From: Macrostomum lignano
Taxonomy: Eukaryota
Length of the DNA stretch: 64,000 nt
Assembly: GCA_002269645.1 (NCBI GenBank)
Contig: NIVC01001484.1
Coordinates: 279,134-343,133, forward strand
Direction of reading: 5' to 3'
Of the stretch, positions 26,737 to 38,902 are shown one piece after another; position 1 is the stretch's first letter, and each line of letters begins with the position of its first letter. Below the pieces are notes generated by a model. It saw nothing but the letters and a program-made list of their open reading frames with translations. It did not search any database and was not told the DNA's origin. A program made the translations under genes and the position numbers.

Positions 26737-27305
26737 CGAACGCAAAAGGATTAGGTAAGTCGCAAAAGGGTTAGGTAAGTCGCAAAAAGGATCAGGTAAG
26801 TCGCAAAAAGGAAATTAGGTAAGTCGCAAAAGGGTTAGGTAAGTCGCAAAAGGATCAGCTAAGTCGCAAAAAGATTAGGTAAGTCGCAAAAGGGTTAGGT
26901 AAGTCGCAAAAGGATTAGGTAAGTCGCAAAAGGGTTAGGTAAGTCGCAAAAAGGATTAGGTAAGTCGCAAAAGGATTAGGTAAGTCGCAAAAGGGTTAGG
27001 TAAGTCGCAAAAGGATTAGGTAAGTCGCAAAAAGGATTAAGTAGGTCGCAAAAAGGATTAAGTAAGTCGCAAAAAGGATTAGGTAAGTCGCAAAAGGATT
27101 AGGTAAGTCGCAAAAGGATTAGGTAAGTCGCAAAAAGGATTAAGTAGGTCGCAAAAAGGATTAAGTAAGTTGCAAAAAGGATTAGGTAAGTCGCAAAAAG
27201 GATTAAGTAAGTCGCAAAAGGGTTAGGTAAGTCGCAAAAAGGATTAGGTAAGTTGCAAAAAGGATTAAGTAAGTCGCAAAAAGGATTAGGTAAGTCGCAA
27301 AAAGA
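26737..27305. repeat. 20-21 bp minisatellite (aaaaggattaggtaagtcgca)
   Basis: About 27 units; single copies of the ggtaagtcgca core also occur at about 28741 and 31793. Confidence 0.95.
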
Positions 27306-27479
27306 AGCAACTAAGTCGCAATAAGAGGGAAGTAAGTCACAATCAGAGGCAATCAGGGGGTAGTAGGTGCAAGTGTGGCAGGAGAGCAAAAACAGAATAG
27401 AAGCCTTCAACCACAGACAAAATCTTTGAAATCAGAAGCCCGCGTCAACAGTTTCCCATTGATTTCTTAAACTCTGGAG

Positions 27480-28230
27480 CAGGGGTTGGCAAACTCCGGC
27501 TCGCGAAGCCCCTCTATCTGGCCCTCGCCCCTCGGGTTCTTTGAAACTTCCTAACCAGCAAGGTTGGTGTCTCTTCAACTCTCATCTCTCTCTTCTTCTC
27601 TACCTTGCCTCCCCTCTTCTCTCTCTCCCCCTTTTCCCTCTTCTCTCTCCTCTCATTTTTACTCTCCTCTCTTCTCCCCCTTTCTCTCTACCCTTTCTCC
27701 TCAATGCCCTCTTCTCTTCTCTTATCTTCAGCAAAAATATGTGCATATTTTCTTACTTCAAAGTAGAGGGAATAGAAGATTAGAGATAAGCAAACAGAGG
27801 GGAGGCGAGCGATGCGATGGGAGAAAAGATAGAAGAGGAGAGAAAAGCTGAGGGAGGAAAAAGAGATGAGAGAGAAGAGGAGATTAGAGGAAAGAGGAAA
27901 GAAAAGATGATGGATGAGATCAGAAGAGAGGAAAGAGGAGAGAGTAGATGAGAGAAGAGAGGATAAAGAGGAGATGAGAGGAGAGTGAAGAGAGGAGAGA
28001 TGAGAGAGTAGAAAAGTGAGATAAGATGAGAGAGTAGAGTGGAGAGAGACGAGAGGGAAGATAAGATGAGAGAGTAGAGTGGAATGGAGAGACGAGAGGA
28101 GAGATAAGAATGTAGAGAGGAGACAGAAGAGATAGGAGAGGAGAGGAAAGAGAGGAGAGGAAAGAGAGAAGGGATAAGGGATGAGAGAGAAAAGGAAGAG
28201 GATGAGAAGATTGAGGAATGGAGAGAATTT
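27480..28230. mobile_element. hAT-like non-autonomous element (5' end CAGGGGTTGGCAAACT) carrying a CT-rich tract followed by a GA-rich tract; right end not resolved
   Basis: 5' terminus and subterminal segment (gccctcgggttctttgaaactt) shared with the copies at 56336 and 59897. Confidence 0.65.
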
Positions 28231-30388
28231 GCAAAGGCCTCAAAACTTAGTTTAACATGCATTACTCCCATCTTTGCCTTTTTCCTAACTGTTAACAAGT
28301 TTTTGTTTGAGCATGACTTCAAATTTAGAATCTATGCAAAAATAGTTCCGGGAATTAGAATTCAGTGGTTTAAAAATCTGTGGGTTTTCAAAGCTTGTAT
28401 CTCTACTGGATTCGTATTCTGCATCTGATGAGCCATCTGAATCAGGGCTCTCATCTTCCATGCCAAATCGTCTAGCAAATCGTTCTTGAGCTATAGGTCA
28501 CACTGTATTCACTTCACTTACTTCTGGACATTCATGAATCATGACTTTTGTAGTATACTCACTACACTGTACTGACAATTTACTAAATGCTTCATGCCGC
28601 CACTAGATGACACTGATTAGCTGTTATAAAAACGCGGAATCTGCACGCAGCACTAATTTGCTGGCGAGGCATTTAGCTTTAAAAATATGGTCATAGTTAC
28701 TCCTGCCGTTTACCTAAAGTTTTTGCTTGGCTCTTTCATAGGTAAGTCGCATTTTTTTATCGAAAACTAAGTCGCACGGCCAGCATAATTTCAGAAGTTG
28801 CGCATGTATAATAGTATAATAATTGAATTAATTGAATAATTGTGCTATTTTTAGGAATTTTGCATTTACTGCAATGCAAATATGCTATAGTCACTAGTTA
28901 TAGACCCAAAAAGATATAGCTTAGACAGTAGCACAATTAGGGCAATCTTTCCCTTTGGGTAAAAACAAAAAATCAAAGGGAAAACCAAGTCTTTTCTGCC
29001 AAAATATAGAGCTACCCTTTCTACCTTTCTCTTAGGTTCTTATCTTTTAGAATCTATTCCCCCCTTAGCAAATTTATAGTTAGGCCTACACTACTAAGTC
29101 TGAGTTTACTTAGGTGGTAACATTAAATATAGGCTCTAATTTATTTTTTATCATTGCCCAATATCAATGGCATATTGATGCAGTTTTGAAGCTTTTTGCT
29201 AGAATTTGTTATTAAAGGTGGCTCTCAAAGCATTGATTTCATGCTTTTTTATATAAGCCAATTGTTGAAATGCTAACTTTGAAAATATTATTATCATTAT
29301 CAAGAGTAAAGACCTAGACCTAGCAAACATTATTTAAAGTTAGACAAAACTTATATAATTTATTGTAACAATTGTGGCTAGCTTTAAAAACTAAATATTC
29401 TAAATACTAAAACCTTTTGAGTTAAGTTTAAGTTGACTATACAATATGAAATTGTATTAGTACAAAGCATTTAAGCATCTGTTGTACAGCTTTGGTTGTT
29501 GCTAAGATTTAGCCTTAAGGTTGCCTTTAAGTTTAGAAATGTTTGTTTTTATTAGAATAAAGCTTATTGCTATATTGAATAATTTAGATATCAAATTCAA
29601 TTAAGATAGTTATCAAATATGCATGTAGTAATAGATAATATTAGATAGGCCTAGCTAATGGCTAAATAGCTAATAGTGATCAAATTTAAATACATTGCCA
29701 ACTTGGCTATCTTTTTATCAATATAATTGTTATGAGCAATTTAGCATTTCCTTTGTCCTTAGGATAACTATTTATTTAATGTTAGTCATTGCTATAAAGT
29801 TTTATTTATATAGTTTGCCATGTTCAATTTGGGAATGATATGGTAAAATGAACAACAAAGCAGTGCCTTGCAACTAATTATATTTTATAGTTGACTAAAT
29901 GGAGCATAAGTAGGACTTGTTATATAATAATATAGTTATTATATAGTTTAATGCCTTAGTTTAATGCCTTTGTGATACTTATTATTAGTCATTTGTATAG
30001 TTGGCAATTGCAATCCAGTTTCCTTTTGGATACCAAAGGTAAATGCTGGTATTTATTTTCTTATAATCTAATTATAGTGGCAATGCAAAATTTGTCCATT
30101 TTCATGATATTAAAATGCATTCATAGTTCTTGCAAACTCTTATTAAATAATAAAGGCCATATTGTCCTATAGATAGTCCTAGATCAAGTCTAGTATAGAT
30201 TTAAAATTAGAACAAGAAAAATAGAAGCTCATCCTACATAAAATAAGTAGGACTTATTATAAACTTTGTCTATTATTATCATATATGTGCAACACCAGGC
30301 CAATATAGCCAATCTGGCTAGCTGGCAAAGGGCCTAGCCAAGTCAATAAGATGGTAGTATGAGAGGACCTACCCAAAATATAGATGTA

Positions 30389-31698
30389 CAAGGGTTGTTC
30401 AGAAAGTCTGCAATCAAATGTATCTAATAGATTAATGGATTGAACAAATGTAATGCTACTCTTCTTGCTTTTCAACATAGGTACCCTTGAGACTTACGCA
30501 CTTGTGCCACCTCTTGAGCAACTTATTGATGCCAGTAGCAAGAAATTGGCAGGTGACCCCCTGACCCACTGGCTGATAGCCAATGCCAAGGTCTATAGAG
30601 AGCTATACTAGCAACCTTGGATGTGTTTTTACGTCTCCCTGAACAGCCAGAAGTTATTAGGTACAAGGTCCAGCGAGTAAAGTGGGTGTGGCTATGGCAG
30701 CACTTTAAAGCCTAGGTCCAAAATGGCAGCCATTGTTGCTTAGCTAGTGTGTAGCCTAGCATTGTCATACTGAAGCAGGATGCCATGGCTCAGCTTGCTA
30801 TGTTGCTGGGCTTTGATAGCTTCACGCAACTGCAGGACTTAAATATAGACTCATTATTGATTGTGGCACCACAGCAAAGCCATTTGATAAGCAAAATACT
30901 CTCCTTGTCCCAGAAGATAGTGGCCATTTTCTTGCCAGCTAAAGGTGCAATCTGGGCCTTGATGTTTTTTTAAAAGGTGTGGGCTCATGGCTGGCCTACA
31001 CACTGCTCTGCATCTTAGACTCTGGCTCACTATAATGGAACCAGGATTCATCCCCAGCCCAGTCACAATCTAGTCCAAAAAGTTGGGATCATTGCAATAT
31101 GACTGGAGGAGCTGCTGACACACCTAGACCCACTCTTGCTGTTGTTGGTTAGTCAGAAGTTTTGGGACCCAACAAGCAACAATATTTGACACACCAAGCT
31201 CAACTGTCAGGAGTGAGTAAATGGCTATTGATAAGATGCCAGTAATAGTTGACAACTCTTGCACTATGGCTTGGTAGTCAACATCTAGAGCACAATGCAC
31301 AAGCTCAATGTTTGACATAGCAGGCTGGCTGCTCCATGGAAGGTCATCGTCTATCTCATAGCCATCTTCAAAGCACTAGACCCACTTGTTAACCATGGTT
31401 TTTGATGGTGCACATTCACTATACATTGCTTGCACCTCACAAAGAATTCCTACTTGTTGTTTCCCTTGCTTCCACAAAAACCAAATGATGCCCCACTTTG
31501 GTTCTTTGTCATTTAGCATAGTGAAAAAAGTAGTATGAGGCTAAAAACTTCACAAGAAAGAAATGCCTGGCTTAAACAAGACCATTCTTCCTTTAAAACA
31601 TTTAGGATATGATATTTGTCTATGGTATAAAGTTTTAAGACAGTAGTGACTCAAAGAAGATATGCATGTTTGATTGCAGACTTTTCAAACAACCCTCA
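30389..31698 (-). mobile_element. Full-length decayed mariner (Tc1/mariner) element, 1310 bp, transposase pseudogene on the minus strand
   Basis: About 30-bp TIRs (caagggttgttcagaaagtctgcaatcaaa / reverse complement tgagggttgtttgaaaagtctgcaatcaaa) with TA on both flanks. Fragments read CWVPKLLT, HPLYSLDLVPNNFWLF (YSPDL motif) and GINKLLKRWHKCVSLKGTYVE, with stops and frameshifts. Confidence 0.93.
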
Positions 31699-31936
31699 TA
31701 GTACTAATTTGATAATGAGGCATTTTGCCTTAATATGATAGTCAGTTACTCTTGCTATTTACCCAAAACTGGCCTTAAGGTTTCTTTCACAGGTAAGTCA
31801 CATTTTTAGTCAAAAAGTAAGTTGAATGACCAGTGTAAATCAGGGGCCATTGTGCATATATGATCATCATTATAAGTATTTTGTTATTGCTATTGTAGAC
31901 AAGCAATGCAAATATTTCATTGAGTTCAGACACCTA

Positions 31937-32644
31937 CAAAGGGGTGTCTGGAAAATAGTGTTACTTTTACTTGTAGCAGACATTTGGTAAGTTGCATTGA
32001 CACAAGTTTGGTGTCGTTTGAAAGTGGCAAGTTTCTTCTTTAAAATGACTTAACCTGCAGTAGATTTGGATTGATATTTTAAGAGATATGTGCACTTAAG
32101 TAGTGGGAGATGGTCATAGACTTACAGAATCTAGACACAAGCCTTCTGTACAGACAATCCAGCTTCATGTCCTCAGTGAGCCATCAAGAAACCTAACGGG
32201 CACTCAGCTTGACATGAATCATCTTCTGCAGACACTTGTAAACTGTGGACTTCAAGCAATCTAGTCTATTGGCTATTTCGCAGATGCTTTGATAGCAGTC
32301 TTCACCAATCAAGTCGAGAATGGATCCAAGACTGGCATGGATCTCCGGTGTCCTGACCTTCAGTCTGTTCAGTTCCAGTTAATGTCAGTTCTTCCACCAC
32401 CATTGCCATTGAGCAGAATGCTAATTTTAGCAGATACGCTCGTATTTGAGCTTCTGTAAGTCTATGACCGATCTCCCTCTACTTAAGTGCACATATCTCT
32501 TAAAATATAAATCCAAATTGATCACAGCTTAAGTCATTTTAAAGAAGAAACTTGCCACTTTCAAACAACACCAAACTTGTGTCAATGCAACTTACCAAAT
32601 GTCTGCTACAAGTAAAAGTAACACTATTTTCCGGATACCCCTCA
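31937..32644 (-). mobile_element. Mariner-derived MITE, 708 bp, with 193-bp TIRs enclosing a transposase HTH fragment
   Basis: 31937-32129 is the reverse complement of 32452-32644; TA on both flanks. The interior minus strand reads ILDLIGEDCYQSICEIANRLDCLKSTVYKCLQKMIHVKLSAR*VS*WLTEDMK. Confidence 0.9.
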
Positions 32645-33582
32645 TATTTTAGATTAGATAAAACTATGCCTAGATTATACCTTCTTAAGTATCTTAAATA
32701 TGCAAGCATACTAGTAGCAATATATGATAACCAATGAAATAGTTAGTGGACCTAGTTGCAATATTGCAATTAGCAATTACTAATACAATACTACTATGTT
32801 ATTATCATTGGTAAATTTCACTTATAGCTATAGTTCAAGGGCATAGGCTATCTGAAATGTAGCATTTTATTGCTCAAGCCAATATAGACAATAATTACTC
32901 CTAAAGACCTAAGAGCAAGCGATTTTTGTTATTGATTGTAATAGGCCTACTTAGAAAGATCCATTTTTTATAGATAAGGCCTAGTAGTGCAAAAAGCCTT
33001 GTGTATAATATACACAAGGCTATGGCATATCATAAAATTCATATTAAATGACACAATGATACAAATTTGCTAATTCTTTAGACAATATAAAAATAGAGCA
33101 TCAAAATATATAACAAGAAAACCTTGTATTTTTTCTTGAATTCAATTGTTATGCAATATATTTGTTTTTGGTCATGATACATGGTAAGTAATGATTGCCA
33201 ATTACAAAGCAACATTTCTGTATGACTTTTTTATTTGTTTAAAAAAACTGGCACATATGTCCAATGGATAATAAAAGAAATTGATGGAAAAGACTGTTGC
33301 CAATGACATTAGTATTAATATTTACTTCATTTAAAATAAAATAATAACTGTAAGGATGAAAACGTTGAAAACTAAATAATACTAGAATTGATTGTGCCTT
33401 TTTAGCACAATGCCAACAAAGCCAATTATATTTTCAACTTCAGAATGTCATAACAAGACTAGGACACAAATAATAAACATCCATAATTATTTTTTCTAGC
33501 CTCTAGATGGAATTTAGTATATTTAGAAGATTGTGAAATTACAACTGTGTTTCAGACAGAAGTAAAAACCCACACTTGTCAA

Positions 33583-36500
33583 ATGCAGCTTGGCAATTTG
33601 ACTTTTCAGGAGTGCCTGCTTTTGCAGTCTTGTCGACTGCATTCCAAAAGGCTGCCATTGTCACGTCTACCTGTGATTTATGGCCATCGTCTAGCAAGCA
33701 CTGATAGTGGAAGCAGTGGCGGCAATGCTGCCCCAAATAGATTGAATAATGCCTCAGCTAAGTCTTTATTCTTGTGTGGTCAGGAGTTCGAATCTGATGA
33801 CTATACAAATCTAACTGATCGAATTATTGAACAGGTTAACTGTGGACTGCACAGGCAACGGGGCCATCCGCTGTGGCTGCTGACTAACAGAATTGTGGGC
33901 CACTTCAATGCCAACTATACTAGGTTTGTCCTTGGCAGATAATATATTAATTTATGGTCGCCAAAACTCCATTCAAGATATCAATCCCATGTCACCACAA
34001 TAGTACACTGAAGTTGTTAATCCCCTGTCACAACAAAAGTACACTCAAGCTATCAACCCCCTGTAACCAGAAAAGTACACTCAAGTTAATAATCCCCTGT
34101 CATCACAAAAGTACACGCAAGCTATAAATCCCGTCACCACAAAAGTATATTCAATGTATAAATCCCGTCACCACAAAAGTACACTCAATGTATAAATCCC
34201 ATCACCACAAAAGTATATTCAATGTATATATCCCGTCACCACAAAAGTACATTCAATGTATAAATTCTGTCACCACAAAAGTACACTCAATGTATAAATT
34301 CTGTCCCGCAAAAGTACACTCAATGCATAAATCCCGTCTGAACCACAAAAGTACTGAACTTATAAATCCCCAGGCGCCACAAAAGTACACTCAAGTTATA
34401 AATCCTGTCACCAAAAAAGTACACGCAAGTTATAAATCCCGTCACCACAAAAGTACACTTGAGTTAATAATCATCTGTCATCACAAAAGTACACTCAATT
34501 CATTAATCCCGTCACCACAAATGTACACTCAATTTATCATTGCCTGTCACTCACTGTCAGTATAAAAGTACTGGTACACTCGAGATATATATCCCCTGTC
34601 ACTACAAAAGTACACTCACGATATCAGCCATCTAATTGTGTGTACATACACAATTCTTAGTACCCTACATATCCCGAATGTACGCGGAAATACCAGAACC
34701 AATGCAGCTTAAAACTAAAGTACAACTTTTTTATAACCATCTAAAAATTGGTAACCCTAAACCCTCCAATCGAATCCGCAGGTCCCGCTCCCGACCGCTA
34801 TTCACAGTGGTGGACAATCTGTCGCCAATAGTGACTCCCGAGCAGAACTTTGACAGCCTGCTAATCCCGGCCGACCATCCCAGCCGGCGGCCGTCGGACG
34901 TGTACTATCTGAACCGGGGCCGCCTGCTACGCGGCCATACCAGCGCCCACCAATGCGACCTGCTCCGTCAGGGCCTCGACGCTTTCCTAGTCGTTGGCGA
35001 CGTATATCGTCGCGACGAAATCGATCGCAGTCATTTCCCGGTGTTCCATCAGGTGGAGGGAGTTCGAATCTATTCGCAGGAGCAGCTGTTTGCCGGGGCA
35101 AAGGATTCGGCTGACAGTTTGAGAATGTTCGATCGGAGCAGAAATCGGACAGACGAGCAACAGGTGTGTCTTCACTGTCGTTCATTTGATACAGAAGTAT
35201 CTTAGATTAAGTGCTCTTAAAATCAGAATGTTGTATAGATCTGAAAAAGTTTCGTCTGAGTAACAATCTTCCTGAAAACCAGATACTCCGTCTTTTCTAG
35301 AAACCAGATACAAGTCTCCTAGAAGTAGAAACCAGGTATTCCCAGTATTTTGTAGAAATCAAGTATACCTATCCTTTTCTAAGAAACCATGTATACACAG
35401 TCTTTCCTAGAAACTTAAACCATGTATACCAAGTCTTTCCTAGAAACCAAGTACCCAGTCTTTTCTAGAAACCAAGTATACCCGTTCTTTCCTAGAAACC
35501 AAGTATACCCCGTCTTTCCTAGAAACCAAATATACCCAGTCTTTCCTAGAAACGAAGTATACCCAGTCTTTCCTAGAAACCAAATATACCCAGTCTTTCC
35601 TAGAAACCAAGTATACCCGTTCTTTCCTAGAAACCAAGTATACTCAGTCCTTGCTAGAACTCAAGTATACCCGTTCTTTCTTGGAAACCAAGTATACCCA
35701 GTCTTTCCTAGAAACCAAGTATACCCGTTCTTTCCAAGAAACCAAGTATACTCAGTCCTTGCTAGAACTCAAGTATACCCTTTCTTTCTTCGAAACCAAG
35801 TATACCCAGTCTTTCCTAGAAACCAAGTATACCCGTTCTTTCCTAGAAACCAAGTATACTCAGTCCTTGCTAGAACTCAAGTATACCCGTTCTTTCTTAG
35901 AAACCAAGTATACCCAGTCTTTCCTAGAAACCAAGTATACCCAGTCTTTCCTAGAAACCAAGTATATCCAGTCTTTTTTAGAAACCAAATATACCCAGTC
36001 TTTCCTAGAAACCAAGTGTACCTAGTCTTTCCTAGAAACAAACTTTCGAATTCACACCAAACCAACTCGCACCGCTCGCAGGCTGGCCACAGCGTGGAGA
36101 CCAGCAAGCTGCTTGAGCACGAGCTCAAATCGTGCCTAGAAGGCCTGGCCCGCAGGCTGTTTGGCTCCTCTATCGCGTACCGCTGGGTACCGGCGTATTT
36201 TCCTTTCACTCATCCGTCCTGGGAATTGGAGGTCCGGCACAGCCAATCAGACGGCGGGGAAGCCGATTGGATGGAGATGCTGGGCTGCGGCATCGTCGAG
36301 CAGCGTCTGCTAGACGGCTGCGGCTTGCCCAATAGGACTGGCTGGGCCTTCGGTCTCGGCCTGGAGCGCTGGGCTATGCAGCTGTTCAGCGTGCCAGATA
36401 TTCGCCTGTTCTGGTCCAAGGATCCGGCATTTCTGGCCCAGTTCGCCCAGCCCTGCCAGCCGGGCGCTGACCTGTGGCAGCCGGTCCAGTACAAGCCTAT

Positions 36501-36789
36501 CAGCGTCTATCCGCCCTGTCCAATGGATTTAAGCTTCTGGTTACCAGCGGCAGATGCCAGTTTCCATAGCAACGATTTCTACGATTTAGTCAGATCGATT
36601 GCCGGCGACCTGGTGGAGCAGGTGTCGCTAATTGATGAATTCCGGCATCCGAAGGACGGCCGAATGAGCCTGTGCTATCGGATTGTTTACAGATCGCACG
36701 AGCGGACCCTGACTAGCGAGGAGGCTCGAACAGTTCACGACCAGATTGCCAAGTCTGCTGTGACTCGTTTGGCCGTGCAAATTCGGTGA
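33583..36789 (+). CDS. FARS2: Mitochondrial phenylalanyl-tRNA synthetase, about 476 aa, 3 exons
   Basis: join(33583..33923,34782..35163,36082..36789) = 1431 nt. [61 protein letters not shown] and a C-terminal FDX-ACB domain ([15 protein letters not shown]). Confidence 0.95.
33990..34620. repeat. About 35-37 bp minisatellite (aaatcccgtcaccacaaaagtacactcaatgtat), FARS2 intron 1
   Basis: About 17 diverged units. Confidence 0.93.
35280..36040. repeat. 27-bp minisatellite (tttcctagaaaccaagtatacccagtc), FARS2 intron 2
   Basis: About 25 units. Confidence 0.96.
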
Positions 36790-36849
36790 TAGCTCTCGGA
36801 GTGAAAGCTGTTTAGGGTCCTGGTTTTATAGTCTTTATTTAGCTCTCCC

Positions 36850-37130
36850 AATCCTTCATCTTCCAGTCTCCCAATCCTTCATCTCCCAGTCTCCCAATCC
36901 TTCATCTCCCAGTCTCCCAATCCTTCATCTCCCAGTCCCCCAATCCTTCATCTCCCAGTCTCTCAACCCTTCATCTTTCAGTCTCCCAATCCTTCATCTC
37001 CCAGTCTCCCAATCCTTCATCTTCCAGTCTCCCAATCCCTCATCTCCCAGTCTCCCAATCCTTCATCCCCCAGTCTCCCAATCCTTTATCTCCCAGTCTC
37101 CCAACCCTTAGTCTCCCGGATCTCCCAGTT
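36850..37130. repeat. 23-bp minisatellite (cccagtctcccaatccttcatct) just after the FARS2 stop
   Basis: About 11 units. Confidence 0.95.
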
Positions 37131-37539
37131 TTCCAATTCCAGTTTTTCATCGTAATAAGTCCTATAAAATTAATTGCTAGATAATAATACTCATTTAGTC
37201 TGGATTTCGCAATTCATAACATATTTTAGGCCAATTTCAACTGTTAGCTTGTGTCAGTTTTCTAGCATCAGATTTTTGTCACGGCGATTTCAATTAAAAT
37301 TGTACTAACTGCTACTCTGTACTTTATACGAGTATTTAATAAAGGATATCAAATTCGTTCGTAAAAAAGTTTTTCTACGTTTTATCATTTTCTGTTAAAT
37401 TGCTTAGCTCGCTACTATGAGTACAATGAAGGAAGAGGGTTTGTTTCTATTTAATTGCATTCTTGGCGTTTCTTCTCGACGGCATTCCATATGACCTGCC
37501 TATAATAGAACTGTCCATCGGTTTTAAATCGGCTACAGC

Positions 37540-37790
37540 TACTGGACCCTGCTTAGGAAACTGCCCCTGCGGCTACTGAGCCCTGCTTAGGAAACTGCCC
37601 CTGCAGCTACTGAGCCCTGCTTAGGAAACTGCCCCTGCAGCTACTGAGCCCTGCTTAGGAAACTGCCCCTGCAGCTACTGAGCCCTGCTTAGGAAACTGC
37701 CCCTGCAGCTACTGAGTCCTGCTTAGGAAACTGCCCCTGCAGCTACTGAGCCCTGCTTAGGAAACTGCCACACAGCTACTGAGTCCTTTA
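37540..37790. repeat. 34-bp minisatellite (actgagccctgcttaggaaactgcccctgcagct)
   Basis: About 7 near-perfect units. Confidence 0.95.
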
Positions 37791-38902
37791 TAAACCACTT
37801 CTTTGCCTTTGTGCCTGAAGCACAGGTACAAGTATCCTATAGCTCTGTAAAATCGTAGTAGCTCATTGTACACTAAGTTGGTATATTTTCGCAACAAGCT
37901 ATACTGTCACACTTTCACAAATATGCATATGTATCATTTTCAATCGTTAATGCGTTCCATACAAGCCCATATAATTTATTACCGTCAGCAATGGCTCAGT
38001 CTCACATAGCAGAGTTTTCATGCTGTAGCAACATCAGGAAACTAGCTAGCTAGCTACTCATTGCTCCCTCGGGTTTTAGTAACAATTTTGTCGATAAGCG
38101 AGCGTGAGAACTAATAGCGAGAAAGCAGATAGCAGATAGAGAGAGGAACATGAGTAGAGAGTAGAGACGAAACTTTTTGTCTGCCTTATGCTCAGATCGA
38201 CAAGACGTTTTGCCTCGCCGAGCGCATATCCGTTCTGGCGGAAGCAAACTGGTTTTTTAGAGTAACATCAGCAGAGGCAGCGGTGTAAAGCAACGGCACA
38301 GGGGTTAGCCCTTTCTTATCTTGTTTGCCTGTTGCAAAACGAATAGCTTATATTGCTGCTACTAGAAGGAAGCAAATCCCTCAGGCATATTCTAGCATAT
38401 AGAAAATCAATGCCCCTAGGTAGGGAAGCGCATTATACCTGTTTTTATAACGAAGCTAATCAAGTGTACCCCGACGCGAAGAATCCTAAATTAGACGAAA
38501 GATCCTCAGCCCTCTAAGTCTGCGCTCTTTTTGAGTAGCATTAGCTAGCATTTTCTCTGCTGATTTTTCTACACCTTAATTTCTGCTTCAGCGCTTTTTG
38601 AGCTGCTTTTCCCAGTGCCTACCTGTTCTTAGTCGCCTCTGTCAAATTATAATCCCTTTCTTCTTTAAAGAATACTGTCATTGCAGGCTGTGTTAGTCTT
38701 TTCCTATGCTATTCTCTCCCCCCCATGTCTCACAAAGCGCGGAGCCACGGACATCTGGAATAGGGAATCTGGAAAGAGATTTAGAAATCGTTAAAGGGTA
38801 CAAGTAGAGCAGCTCAGCGTTAGAATCGCTGAATTGCTGAAAATGTGTGCACCACATTTATTTTGGGGCTTGTGCGATTCTCGCTTATATGGGCCTAGAG
38901 AT

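Noticed and set aside
28420-28460. Hammerhead ribozyme at ctgatgag
   Set aside because: No stem II followed by GAAA and no cleavage-site helix; other CTGANGA hits also fail.
28380-28620. Upstream exon of the 18.6-kb gene (minus-strand coding-like text with a GTAAGT donor)
   Set aside because: The donor phase does not match the acceptor at 18677 in the open frame, there is an in-frame stop nearby, and no recognisable domain.
32995-33021. 13-bp perfect inverted repeat as a Helitron 3' hairpin
   Set aside because: Not followed by a CTRR terminus at the expected distance.
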